A stretch of 64,000 nucleotides of DNA from an uncultured Ruficoccus sp. (GCA_965140785.1 OZ223514.1:64001-128000), one strand, 5' to 3'. Positions 32,659 to 42,470 are shown, numbered from the stretch's first letter. Notes: generated from the letters alone by a model not told the origin. Program-made: numbers and translations.

Positions 32659-34443
32659 TTATTGGATGCGGGCCGGGAGGGTGTATTGACCATTGAATAC
32701 GCCGGGCACTTCGAGCGAGGTCTCCCACAGGGTGACCGAGCGCGTGTCGGTGACCGGCGTGGGGCTGCGGTCCGAGTCCAGCAGCTCGCGCACGGAGACG
32801 GGCAGCTCACCCAGGCGCTGGCCGTTGACGTTGAGTCCCTTGGACTCGCGCAGGACCTTGACGTAGACGCGCTGGTTGCTGCGCTCGTCGCGTAGGTAGT
32901 TAACGATCCCGCCCAGCGAGTCGGCGGTGTTCAGGATGCCCTCGCGGTCCAGGTTGTCGGCGGCCTCGGCGTCACCGACGAAGACGGTGAGCTTCTCGCC
33001 CGAGGTACCGGCGGGAATCGGGATGGTGAAGCGGTGCCGCGTCCGCTGCTCCAGGTAGTTGTTCAGGGTGACGGCCAGCTCCAGGTCGTCGCCAGGGCGG
33101 AGTTCACCGCTGAGAATCTGGATCGAGTAGAGCGAACTGTACACCCACTCGTCGGCGATGCGGATCTCCATGGAGATCGATTTGACCTCGGCCATGCCGA
33201 AGGGGTTGTTCAGCAGCAGGTCGTAGTCGTTGAGCATCTTGAAGGCGGTGCGCATGGCGCCGGAGGGGCCGGTAGCCACGCGGTCGAACTCCAGCGGTTC
33301 GTACCCGGCGACGTCCATTTTTACATGCACATAAAAGGTCTGCTCGGCGGAAGCCTCCATGGTGTTGTTGAGGCTCTCCAGCAGGGCGATGGCGGTGATC
33401 AGGGGAGACCACTGGCGGCTTTGGTAAAGCTGACTGTTGAAGGTGCGCTCAGCCGCGCCGGGCCCGGCAATATGGATCGACACGTCGGTCATGGCGGGCG
33501 GGGTGCCGACCTCCCCGGCGATGGCCGTCAGCCGGTCCTGGTAAATGGTGCCCACGACCGGGCCGACATTGGAGAGCTTGAAGGAGCCGGGCAGACTCTG
33601 GATGACGGTGATGATTTCCGCCGGGGCCATCGGCATGTTGTCATCACCCGTGGCGAAGAAGGGGTGCCCGAAGGCCAGCACCTGGTCGCCCTCGCGCCAG
33701 GTCACCGTGCCCACCCCGGCGAACTGAAAGTCCCCCGTCATGAGCAGGCCCGCCACCGGACTGCCGGTCTGGATGTCGCTGGCACCGAGTTCGCTGGTCG
33801 TGCCCAGGGGGGCGCGCATGGGGGCGACACCGCGCTTGGCGAACTCCTCGGAGAAGGACCCGAGCGTCTCGGCGGAAACGCCGGAAATCATCAACGGGCT
33901 GGGGAGGGGCTTCAGGATCGCGTCCAGCGGCAGGCCGCTCATTTGCTCCTGCCCGCTCTGGGGCTGCCAGTGGGGAGAATTCTTGTACTGCGGGTAGCCG
34001 GCCTCCCGCGCTTTGTCGGGCTGGCGCTGGGCCTCTTTTTCAAAGGTCTCCATCATGTCGGCAATGGGGGTGATGCCGATGATGGCCTGCTCCTTGGGCC
34101 AGGTGTAGCCGTAGGCGTAGGCGCCCACGAGCTTGCCGTCGATGAAGCAGGGGCTGCCGCTCATCCCGGCGACCGGGCCGCTCAGGATTTGGCTCTCGTC
34201 CAGAGCGCGGGCGATGATAATGTCCCGCTGTGGGCCACTGAAGTTACGGGCCGTGCCCAGCACCTCAAACCGGAAGGTCTCGATCTGCGAACCGGAGATG
34301 ACGGTCTTCCACTCGCCCTGCATGCCGGGCTTGATCTCGGAAACCGGGAGGGTGGGGGCCGAAATCGGCGGCGGCTGGGCTCCCAGGGGCAGGGCCAAAA
34401 CCAGAGAGAAAACCGCCGGGAGAATTGAAAATAATCGTCTCAT
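32659..34443 (-). CDS. SpoIVB peptidase S55-domain secreted protein
   Basis: Signal peptide; AGMSGSPCFIDGKLVGA; AGVGTVT...LAFGHP. Confidence 0.85.
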   Translation of the reverse strand: MRRLFSILPAVFSLVLALPLGAQPPPISAPTLPVSEIKPGMQGEWKTVISGSQIETFRFEVLGTARNFSGPQRDIIIARALDESQILSGPVAGMSGSPCFIDGKLVGAYAYGYTWPKEQAIIGITPIADMMETFEKEAQRQPDKAREAGYPQYKNSPHWQPQSGQEQMSGLPLDAILKPLPSPLMISGVSAETLGSFSEEFAKRGVAPMRAPLGTTSELGASDIQTGSPVAGLLMTGDFQFAGVGTVTWREGDQVLAFGHPFFATGDDNMPMAPAEIITVIQSLPGSFKLSNVGPVVGTIYQDRLTAIAGEVGTPPAMTDVSIHIAGPGAAERTFNSQLYQSRQWSPLITAIALLESLNNTMEASAEQTFYVHVKMDVAGYEPLEFDRVATGPSGAMRTAFKMLNDYDLLLNNPFGMAEVKSISMEIRIADEWVYSSLYSIQILSGELRPGDDLELAVTLNNYLEQRTRHRFTIPIPAGTSGEKLTVFVGDAEAADNLDREGILNTADSLGGIVNYLRDERSNQRVYVKVLRESKGLNVNGQRLGELPVSVRELLDSDRSPTPVTDTRSVTLWETSLEVPGVFNGQYTLPARIQ

Positions 34444-34645
34444 ACCGTCTCGCACACGCGACACGCTGACGATGAGCATTGTTCCTTGAGAGGCAACTCA
34501 GAAAAAAAATGTCAAAATTCAGTATCCCCTTAATCGGCTTGCTTAATTTTTCCGATTTTGCATAGTCCCTGCCTTGGTATGGGGTAACATCTTCAATAAG
34601 TAGATGGCCGAAAGCATGTAGTTACTCATTTCTAATTACGGGCTT

Positions 34646-34867
34646 ATGCAGAGAAAGTTATCGACTCTTCTTTTAATAATTTCACTGTTCGCGACCTCCC
34701 CGCTGTGGGGGGCGGCGAATGAATCCGGCGCTGTCGCGTCTGTTCAAGACTACAATTGGCTGATCCTGATGGTGGCCGCCTTTGCGGTGGGGGTTGTGGT
34801 CATTGTGGCGCTGTGCCGCCGTCGCCGTCGCCGCAGCAAGCTCCATGGCCTCTCACACATGCTCTGA
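34646..34867 (+). CDS. Small membrane protein (signal + TM + polyArg)
   Basis: 73 aa with two hydrophobic stretches and RRRRRR; AT-rich upstream region. Confidence 0.55.
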   Translation: MQRKLSTLLLIISLFATSPLWGAANESGAVASVQDYNWLILMVAAFAVGVVVIVALCRRRRRRSKLHGLSHML

Positions 34868-34922
34868 GCCGGTGGGCCGGTGGGCATTTGCTCCGCCCAT
34901 GCTGCCGGATGGGGGGCGACGT

Positions 34923-35999
34923 TTATTCCTGCCGTTGCAGGGCAAGGAGTTGTTTCTGCTGCGTGGCCATCTTCTCCTCCAGTGAAGCCAGCCGCTCAAT
35001 CAACTGGTTGTAGGCGGCCAGCGTATCGTCATTCTCAAACCAGAGGGTGTCGTCCTGCTCGTCGTAGCCCCACTGTCCCCAGTCGTCCTGCAGGAGTTTT
35101 AGGAATTTATCCAGGCTGACGGCGTACTCGGCGTTGGTCCGGTGGATCAGCATGATCAGGGCGAGTTTCTGCTGGCCGATGCCGCTGACAGTTCCCTGGG
35201 CGGCTTTCTGCGCTTCGCGGGTACTGAGGCCACCGGTTTCATACATCTGTGTCAGGTGGGGCTCAAGATCGGCATAATAGTCGTACATTTCTCTGGAGGC
35301 CTGGCCATAAGCCTGGGTTAGCTCCCGGGCTTGCCCGATCTGCTCGGGGGAAGTATAGACGGTGGCATCAATGCTGACGGCTTCGTCATCGAGGTAGGCC
35401 CCCTGCGCATCGAGCAGCACCTGTGTTTTGGCCTGGAGTTCGCGCAGAAACTGTGCGCCCACCCGGGCGGCGATGGCTTCCTTTTCATCTGAAACACTTT
35501 CGCTGTAGCTATCCAGGCCACTGACCACATTTCCCAGCTTCTCCATGGCTTCTGTGTCGAGAGCTTCCCCGGGGGGAGCGGATTCCCTGAGATCATTGAC
35601 CTGCTGCATCAGGGCCATTTGCCGGGCCTTGGCCTGGAGTCTCGGCGCGAGGAAGAGGTTCATCAACAACCCGAGGCTCATGATACCCGTCAACAGGCAG
35701 AAAACGAGATTGCCCGCCCAGCGACGGCGGCGCGAGAGCAGCCATACCAACCAGCCCAGCAGCAGCGGAAAACCGATGGCAGCCAAAAAGGTGCCGAAGT
35801 AGAAGCCGAGCTTTTCGCCACCTTCCATTTGATCTAATGCACTGCCCTGATAGCCTTGGATCGCGGCCAAAATGGCTCCCACTACCAGAAACACTATCGA
35901 CACCGGGTGCAGCTTGAAGCTTTTCGCGCGGGGTTTCTCGGGTGTGCCGCCGGGCGATTGCGGCGGAAGCTGGGGAGGGAGGGCAGGCGGTTGATCCAT
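34923..35999 (-). CDS. Hypothetical membrane protein (3 TM + helical domain)
   Basis: Pro-rich N-terminus, three TM helices, helical C-terminal domain. Confidence 0.75.
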   Translation of the reverse strand: MDQPPALPPQLPPQSPGGTPEKPRAKSFKLHPVSIVFLVVGAILAAIQGYQGSALDQMEGGEKLGFYFGTFLAAIGFPLLLGWLVWLLSRRRRWAGNLVFCLLTGIMSLGLLMNLFLAPRLQAKARQMALMQQVNDLRESAPPGEALDTEAMEKLGNVVSGLDSYSESVSDEKEAIAARVGAQFLRELQAKTQVLLDAQGAYLDDEAVSIDATVYTSPEQIGQARELTQAYGQASREMYDYYADLEPHLTQMYETGGLSTREAQKAAQGTVSGIGQQKLALIMLIHRTNAEYAVSLDKFLKLLQDDWGQWGYDEQDDTLWFENDDTLAAYNQLIERLASLEEKMATQQKQLLALQRQE

Positions 36000-36181
36000 A
36001 AGAGCAGGCGGTTGGAGAATGGGTAAGCGGCTTAAAGGTGTTCGTCCTGAATGCTCGTAGCCTCGCTTACGGTGTAGCTTGCCGCCGCTGTTCAGCTCCG
36101 GCAAGTCGGGATTTCCCTTTTGGAGGTCGGGATGATCAAGGGGTGGCGCTGAGTCGATGCTGGCCGCCGGCATTTTGACAC

Positions 36182-36212
36182 AAAAAAAGCCCTCGCCGGT
36201 CAGGCGGGGGCT
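36182..36212 (-). terminator. Hairpin/terminator
   Basis: A-tract plus agccctcgcc...ggcgggggct. Confidence 0.55.
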
Positions 36213-36226
36213 CGAAATTAAGAAAA

Positions 36227-36556
36227 GGGCTGGCCTAGCTCAGGACGTAAAACACGCTTAGGTTAGCAGCGGTGTATGAAAGAAAAAGCAGGCTGAGCGC
36301 TCACAAGCCGCAGCATTAGATTGAGCACTTTGTCGCAGGGACTACCGCACGTGCGGCCGCCGAGATCGTTGGAGTGCATCGCAACACAGCAATCAGCTTT
36401 TACATGAGCCGCTTCAACGGCATTAAACCAGACAACTTTTACGACTTCCTCAAGGACTGCGAATGGCGCTCCAACGCAGGCAACCACAAACAACTCCTCA
36501 GCCAGCTTAAACACTGGGTTCGAAACGCAGACAAGCACTCTTGGCTAGGTCAGTCC
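36227..36556 (+). mobile_element. Internally deleted IS1595-family (IS1016-group) element
   Basis: IRs gggctggcctagc / gctaggtcagtcc; relic frame YERKSRLSAHKPQH*IEHFVAGTTARAAAEIVGVHRNTA fused to RFNGIKPDNFYDFLKDCEWR; DDE core missing. Confidence 0.8.
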
Positions 36557-36643
36557 GTCCATTAATCCAGATGCGATGGGCTTATTAGCGATTGTGAACA
36601 GAAAGTTAAGAATTTTTGACCAAAAACAAATTGACAGACACCC

Positions 36644-36691
36644 TTACTAGATATTGTGTGTTCGACGTAAGCCCGTAGGCATATCTAGTGT
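36644..36691 (+). promoter_or_regulatory. Tandem NrdR boxes overlapping the putative nrdA promoter
   Basis: ttactagatattgtgt (36644-36659) and taggcatatctagtgt (36676-36691), 32 bp apart; TTGACA at 36631. Confidence 0.8.
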
Positions 36692-36902
36692 TCGCTCTCA
36701 CAAACAGGCTTGGGGATAAGAACCAACAACTTGCCGTTGTTTTGTCCCGCCGTTTGACGATAATACGCCTGTTTTACGCAGTGCGGACACGATGTCCCGG
36801 CACTGTTTATTGATCTGGCGAGGGGAGTTTTCCCCTCTTCTCTCACCGGTTTCCCAACCTTTTCAGTACTCCTCTCAACTTCCATCAGCTCATTATTGCC
36901 TT

Positions 36903-39900
36903 ATGATTCGTAATTTCTCCTTCGATGAAGACCTCGCCCTCAAGCGTTTTGCGGCTACCCCGGCCGAGCAGAAGCCGCGCTTCAACTGGCGCGAGGTCAT
37001 AGCCGACGCCTCCGTCAAGCAACCCGCCGTCAAAATCGAGTCCGGCGGTGAGGAACGGGATTTCGACGTGGCCGATGTGGCGGAGATTATTGGCAATGCC
37101 CTGACCGACCTCATGCTCTCCCGTGAGGAGCAGGAGGAGAAAATCTTCACCGAGCAGAATCGCAGCTTCGTCGCCGGGGTCGCTCGTGCCGTGGCCGAGC
37201 GTCTGGCCCGTCAGATCAGCGACGAGACCGGCGTCAGCCTCACCCAGCGTGAAATCCACCTCATCATCGAGACCGCGCTCGTCCAGCACGATGCCCACGA
37301 CGTGGCCCGCAGTCTCGTGGCCAACTATTCCAACCACGGCGCCGACGGTACTGACGACGATGAGCCGGAAATGACCGTTCGCCTCATCCGCCGCAACCGC
37401 CAGGTCGTTCCCTGGGATCCGAACAAGATCGAGGTCGCCGTGCGCAAGGCCTTCCTCGCCCAGCAGATGGACTCGGGCGCGGCGATTGAGGTCGCCCGCG
37501 ACGTTACCGGCCGCGTGCGTAAGCTCGGCCAAGCTTTTGTGCACATCGAGGAGGTGCAGGACTTCGTTCAGGAGGCCCTGATGAAGGCCGGGCACTTCAA
37601 GGTGGCCGAGTCGTATATCCTTTACCGTGCCCACCGCCGCCGCCTGCGCGAGCTGGAGGCGCTCGACGGCGAGGGCGAAGACAGCCGCCAGGACGCCATG
37701 ATCATGGTCAAGGGTGAGGACGGCTCCTCCTATTTCTGGGACCCGGCCGAACTGCGCAAGCGTATCGAGTTCGCCTCCATCGGGCTGGACCTGTGCCTGG
37801 ACCGCGACCACATCGAGGCCGAGCTGCGCCGTTCCCTCTACGCCGAGATGACCCGCGAGGACCTCAAGCGCACCATCATCCTCAACGCCAAGGCCCTCAT
37901 GGAGAAGGACGCCGACTTCGCCCGCTTTGCCGGTCGCATCCTGTTGTCCTATATCTACGAAGAAGTGCTCGGCTGGGACATCCTCCAGGACGGAATCGAG
38001 GGCCTTCAGCGCGCCCACCAGCAGTATTTTAAAAATTATCTCAAGCGCGCCGTCGAGATCGAGCGCCTCGCTCCCGATCTGCTTGAGTACGACCTCGACC
38101 GTCTGGCCGCCGCCATCGACCCGAGCGCCGACCTCGACTTCGACTACCTGGGCATCTCCACCATGTACGACCGCTATCTGCTGGTGGACAAGACCTGCAA
38201 AACCGCCCGCCGCCTGGAGACCCCTCAGCTGTTCTGGATGCGTGTCTCCATGGGCCTCTTCCGCGAGGAAAAGGACGACCGTGAGTATTGGGTGCTCCAG
38301 CTTTATAATCTCTACAAGAGCCGTCGCTTCTGCTCCTCCACGCCCACACTTTTCAACTCCGGCACGCTCCACTCGCAGCTCTCCTCCTGCTACCTGTACC
38401 AGGTCAGCGACAGCATCGAGAGCATCATGAACCGCGGCATCGCCGAGAACGCCTTCCTCTCGAAGTGGGCGGGTGGCCTGGGCGGTTCGTGGACCAGCGT
38501 CCGCGGCACCGGCAGCTACATCAAGGGCACCAACGGCGAGTCCCAGGGCGTCATCCCCTTCCTCAAGCTCCACAATGACCAGCTCGTGGCCGTCAACCAG
38601 GGTGGCAAGCGCCGGGGCTCCGGCTGTGCCTACCTGGAAACCTGGCACAACGACATCATGGACTTCCTGGAACTGCGCCGGAATACCGGGGACGACCGAC
38701 GCCGTACCCATGACATGAACACCTCCAACTGGATTCCGGACCTCTTTATGAAGCGTCTGGAAGCCCGCGAGGACTGGACCCTTTTCCGCGCCAACGAGGC
38801 TCCCGACCTGCACGAGACTTACGGCAAGACCTTCGAGGAGAAATACCTCGACTACGAGGCCAAGGCCGAGCGCGGCGAAATCTGGGGCCAGAAGGTCAAG
38901 GCCATTGACCTGTGGAAGTCCATGCTCCGCATGCTCTTCGAAACGGGCCACCCCTGGATCACCTTCAAGGACCCGTGCAACGTCCGCAGCCCGCAGGATC
39001 ACGCCGGGGTCATTCACAGCTCCAACCTCTGCACCGAGATCACCCTCAACACCGGTCCCGACGAGACCGCCGTGTGTAACCTCGGCTCGGTCATCCTCGA
39101 CCAGCACCTCGACCGCGAGGGCAAGCTCGACTTGGAGAAACTGCGTGAGACCGTCCGCATCGCCGTGCGCGCGCTGGACAACGTGATCGACATCAACTTC
39201 TACCCGACCGATCCGGCCAAGAATGCCAACTCGCGCCACCGCCCGGTCGGCCTCGGCATCATGGGCCTGCAGAACGCCCTCTACAAGCGCGGCGTCTCCT
39301 TCGCCAGCCAGGAAGCGGTCGAGTTCAACGACGAGTTTATGGAAGCTATCGCCTACTATGCCTACGAGGCTTCCAGCGACCTGGCCGCCGAACGCGGCAG
39401 CTACTCTTCCTTCAAGGGCTCCAAGTGGGACCGCGGTCTCATGCCGCAGGACACCCTCGCCCTGCTGGAGCAGGAGCGCGGCCAGGCCATCGACGTGCCC
39501 CGCACCGCCCACATGGACTGGGACTCTCTGCGCGCCAAGATTCAGAAGCAGGGTATGCGTAACAGCAACGTCCTCGCCATCGCCCCCACCGCGACGATCT
39601 CGAACATCATGGGCACCAGCCCCTGCATCGAGCCCTACTACAAGAACCTCTACGTCAAGAGCAACCTCGGCGGCGACTTCATCGTCCTCAACCCGGCCCT
39701 GGTCAAGGACCTCAAGGCGCTCGATCTGTGGGACCAGGACATGATCGACCAGCTCAAGTACTTCGACGGCGAGCTGGATAACATCGAGGGCATCCCCGAG
39801 GATATCCGCGCCAAGTACTCCACCGCCTTCGGGATCGATTACCAGTGGTTCATCGACGCCGCCGCCCGCCGCCAGAAGTGGATCGACCAGTCCCAGAGCG

Positions 39901-40154
39901 TCAACCTCTTCCTCAGCAAGCCCGACCTGAAGACCCTCTCGCACATGTACCGCGACGCCTGGCACAAGGGCCTCAAGACCACCTACTACCTGCGCACCCA
40001 GCAGGCCTCCAATATCGAGAAGTCCACCGTCTCGGTGAAGAAGGAAGTCCGTGGCCCCGCAACCGACGAAAAACGCACCTACACCGAGGAGGAAAAAGTC
40101 GCCTGCTCGCTGGAGGCCATGCGCAACGGCGAGGAGTGCGAAGCTTGCCAGTAG
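36903..40154 (+). CDS. nrdA: Class I ribonucleotide reductase alpha subunit with multiple ATP cones
   Basis: STPTLFNSG, LSSCYL, SSNLCTEI, AVCNLGS, APTATIS, KTTYYLR, C-terminal CEACQ. Confidence 0.96.
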   Translation: MIRNFSFDEDLALKRFAATPAEQKPRFNWREVIADASVKQPAVKIESGGEERDFDVADVAEIIGNALTDLMLSREEQEEKIFTEQNRSFVAGVARAVAERLARQISDETGVSLTQREIHLIIETALVQHDAHDVARSLVANYSNHGADGTDDDEPEMTVRLIRRNRQVVPWDPNKIEVAVRKAFLAQQMDSGAAIEVARDVTGRVRKLGQAFVHIEEVQDFVQEALMKAGHFKVAESYILYRAHRRRLRELEALDGEGEDSRQDAMIMVKGEDGSSYFWDPAELRKRIEFASIGLDLCLDRDHIEAELRRSLYAEMTREDLKRTIILNAKALMEKDADFARFAGRILLSYIYEEVLGWDILQDGIEGLQRAHQQYFKNYLKRAVEIERLAPDLLEYDLDRLAAAIDPSADLDFDYLGISTMYDRYLLVDKTCKTARRLETPQLFWMRVSMGLFREEKDDREYWVLQLYNLYKSRRFCSSTPTLFNSGTLHSQLSSCYLYQVSDSIESIMNRGIAENAFLSKWAGGLGGSWTSVRGTGSYIKGTNGESQGVIPFLKLHNDQLVAVNQGGKRRGSGCAYLETWHNDIMDFLELRRNTGDDRRRTHDMNTSNWIPDLFMKRLEAREDWTLFRANEAPDLHETYGKTFEEKYLDYEAKAERGEIWGQKVKAIDLWKSMLRMLFETGHPWITFKDPCNVRSPQDHAGVIHSSNLCTEITLNTGPDETAVCNLGSVILDQHLDREGKLDLEKLRETVRIAVRALDNVIDINFYPTDPAKNANSRHRPVGLGIMGLQNALYKRGVSFASQEAVEFNDEFMEAIAYYAYEASSDLAAERGSYSSFKGSKWDRGLMPQDTLALLEQERGQAIDVPRTAHMDWDSLRAKIQKQGMRNSNVLAIAPTATISNIMGTSPCIEPYYKNLYVKSNLGGDFIVLNPALVKDLKALDLWDQDMIDQLKYFDGELDNIEGIPEDIRAKYSTAFGIDYQWFIDAAARRQKWIDQSQSVNLFLSKPDLKTLSHMYRDAWHKGLKTTYYLRTQQASNIEKSTVSVKKEVRGPATDEKRTYTEEEKVACSLEAMRNGEECEACQ

Positions 40155-40213
40155 GGCGAAACGCTTTTTCAAAGCAGAGGCAGACAAACAAGACTGACTA
40201 ACAGAAAACATTC

Positions 40214-40246
40214 AGGCGGCCCCTTCAGCAAGGGCCGCCTTTTTTA
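40214..40246 (+). terminator. Terminator of nrdA
   Basis: aggcggccc...gggccgcct followed by a T-run. Confidence 0.85.
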
Positions 40247-40309
40247 TACAATCTCTTCTCCAATAATTGGCGGAGGAAACGTAACGTATAATACCGGGAA
40301 TAATATTCG

Positions 40310-40347
40310 TTGTCATTCCGAGCGAGCGTAGCGAGTCGAAGGATCTC
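40310..40347. repeat. GTCATTCCGAGCG-type REP-like palindrome
   Basis: ttgtcattccgagcgagcgtagcgagtcgaaggatctc resembles the widespread GTCATTCCGAGCGAAGCGAGGAATCT repeat. Confidence 0.55.
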
Positions 40348-40449
40348 CCGGCGCGCTATCCGTGAGCCCGCAGGAAAACGGGAGGAGAATTTATTTCCAC
40401 TCCTGTGCTATTGCAGCCATCACCGTGTTAACTGCAAAACAAGGCGCAA

Positions 40450-40498
40450 GCTTTGCTTTGCAAAGTTTTTGTTGACATTTGACTTTGTATTGCAAAGT
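40450..40498 (+). promoter_or_regulatory. Twin palindromic operator flanking a TTGACA box
   Basis: GCTTTGCTTTGCAAAGT (40450-40466) and ACTTTGTATTGCAAAGT (40482-40498); TTGACA at 40472. Confidence 0.7.
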
Positions 40499-40507
40499 AA
40501 TGTTTTC

Positions 40508-40897
40508 ATGGAAAGTCAATGCATGGGTAGGCAGACGGTCATAAAACATGGAAGAAGGCTTTGGAGACGAACCGGGCGGGGACTTGTTCGCTATGAGTGT
40601 TCCGGGCACACGGCCTTGGTGAATCCTTCCGGTAAAACGTGGGCGCAGGGCTTCCCCTACGAGGGGGAGGCGGCGGAGGTGCTCGATACGGCCGGGCTGT
40701 GGAGCCGCAGCGTGTGGATGCGCTTTTTGCTGCAAGAGGGCCAGTCGATGCCAGGGGACCGGTTGCGGTGGAGGATGGAGCGGGTACGCAAACGCGGAGG
40801 TGAGATCGTCCGCGCCGACCTGCTGGTTTACGATGAAGAGCGCCGCCTGCTGCACCGGATCGTTTTTCACCGTCGGGGAGGGCGTCGGCATGGATAA
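40508..40897 (+). CDS. Hypothetical protein, first gene of the operon
   Basis: ATG just after the operator; its stop overlaps the next start by 8 bp. Confidence 0.55.
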   Translation: MESQCMGRQTVIKHGRRLWRRTGRGLVRYECSGHTALVNPSGKTWAQGFPYEGEAAEVLDTAGLWSRSVWMRFLLQEGQSMPGDRLRWRMERVRKRGGEIVRADLLVYDEERRLLHRIVFHRRGGRRHG

Positions 40898-42470
40898 GGA
40901 CACTGTAGCTTACCCGGCCAATCCGCCAGCCCTGCTGGCGGTCACCGCTGACTCGATGCAGCCAACGTCATTTGTCCCGGTCGCCCGGGTAGGTCGTGTC
41001 GCGTTCAGCCTCCTGGTCCTGGTCGCGTTGGGCGACTGGCTACTGTGGGAGCAGGCTGTGGGGCTCTCATCGGGCTTGTATGCGCTGCTCCTGGCGGCGG
41101 GTATTTTGCTCAACCGCTCGGGCATGACCTGGCATTGGAGGCACGGGCTCCAGGTCGGCCTGCTCGCGCTGGCCGCTATCCAGACTGCCCTCCGCCCGAG
41201 CCTGAGTAACGCTCTGGTCTCGTGGACACTCCTGCTGGTCATCGCCGGGGACACAGCGCTGCCCGCTCTGCGCCCGGTCTGGCTGCGCTGGGGGCGGGCG
41301 GCGTTTTCCGCCCTTGGGTTCTTCGTGAGTTGGGCCGTGTTTGTACGCAGCCTTGCTTGGTGGACGAAACAGCAGCCGGGCGGAGCTGGCCGGCGCCTGG
41401 CCCGGCTCTGGAGTGTGATCTGGCTGGCCGTGCTGATGATGCTGGGGTTCGGGACGCTCCTCATTTCGGGAAACGTGATCCTGCACGGTGTATTCAAAAG
41501 ATTATACAAAAATTACATTCATGTGCTTTGGGACATCTCTTTACCACACCCGGCTCACATCGTTTTTTGGGGCATACTGGCTACGGTCGCCCTGGTGTTG
41601 CTGATGCCGCGCGTGGGAAGGTGGAGCGGCGAGCGCTGCCGCCGCGAGGTGCCGACCTTTGCGGTGACGGATCCGACGCTGGCCCGCTGGCGTTCGCTCC
41701 TCGCTCTGGGCGCGGTCAACGTCCTGTTCTTCTTCGCCAATTCCCTGGACGTGCTCTACCTGTGGGCAGAGCGTGAACTGCCGGAAGGGGTGGGCTATGC
41801 GGGCTATGTTCACCGAGGGGTATGGAGCCTGATTCTGGTTGTTCTACTTTCTGCCTTGGTGCTGACGCTGATCTTTCAGCAGGATGCCTCTGTCTCGGGC
41901 TCTCGTTGGCTCAAGGGCCTGGCCCTGCTCTGGATCGGGCAGAACCTGTTTCTCGAGCTGGGGGTGGTGATGCGGCTGACGCTCTATATAAATGCCCACG
42001 CCTACCTCACCCCGAAGCGCGTGTATGTCATGGTTTTTCTGAGTCTGGTCGCGGTCGGCTATGGCCTGCTCGTTCGCCATATTCTTTGGCGACGCAGTTT
42101 TAAACAACTGCTGCTGGGCAACGCGTTGGCGGTCTTCGGACTTTTCTATCTCTTACAGTTCATCAATGTCCCGCGCCTGGTGGCGGACTATGACTACCAG
42201 ATGTGGCTAAAAAACCCCCGGTACAACATTATGCAGAAGGATCTTTACGCCGTGCTCGGCTCCGAGATGGCGCCGCTGGCGGTGCGCGTCGCCGAGAGCG
42301 GGCTGGATGTCCCGGCGGTTTTGGACGCGCGGGAGCAGTTGCGTTTCGGGGAATGGCGCGGAATATACGGCAAAAGGTGGAGCCCCTGGGGGCCCTGGCA
42401 GTCCTGGACCTTGCGCCGGGCGCAGTTGTACCAGCTTCTCAAGGTTTACGCGGCGGAGAATTTGGATTGA
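40890..42470 (+). CDS. DUF4153/DUF4173 multi-pass membrane protein
   Basis: About 12 TM; LPEGVGYAGYVHRG, RLTLYINAH.YLTPKR, INVPRLVADYD. Confidence 0.8.
   Translation: MDKDTVAYPANPPALLAVTADSMQPTSFVPVARVGRVAFSLLVLVALGDWLLWEQAVGLSSGLYALLLAAGILLNRSGMTWHWRHGLQVGLLALAAIQTALRPSLSNALVSWTLLLVIAGDTALPALRPVWLRWGRAAFSALGFFVSWAVFVRSLAWWTKQQPGGAGRRLARLWSVIWLAVLMMLGFGTLLISGNVILHGVFKRLYKNYIHVLWDISLPHPAHIVFWGILATVALVLLMPRVGRWSGERCRREVPTFAVTDPTLARWRSLLALGAVNVLFFFANSLDVLYLWAERELPEGVGYAGYVHRGVWSLILVVLLSALVLTLIFQQDASVSGSRWLKGLALLWIGQNLFLELGVVMRLTLYINAHAYLTPKRVYVMVFLSLVAVGYGLLVRHILWRRSFKQLLLGNALAVFGLFYLLQFINVPRLVADYDYQMWLKNPRYNIMQKDLYAVLGSEMAPLAVRVAESGLDVPAVLDAREQLRFGEWRGIYGKRWSPWGPWQSWTLRRAQLYQLLKVYAAENLD

Noticed and set aside
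36885..40211. 1108-aa ORF antisense to nrdA (similar ones lie opposite aspS, metH and the propeller gene)
   Set aside because: Shadow ORFs caused by GC3-biased codon usage; no motifs
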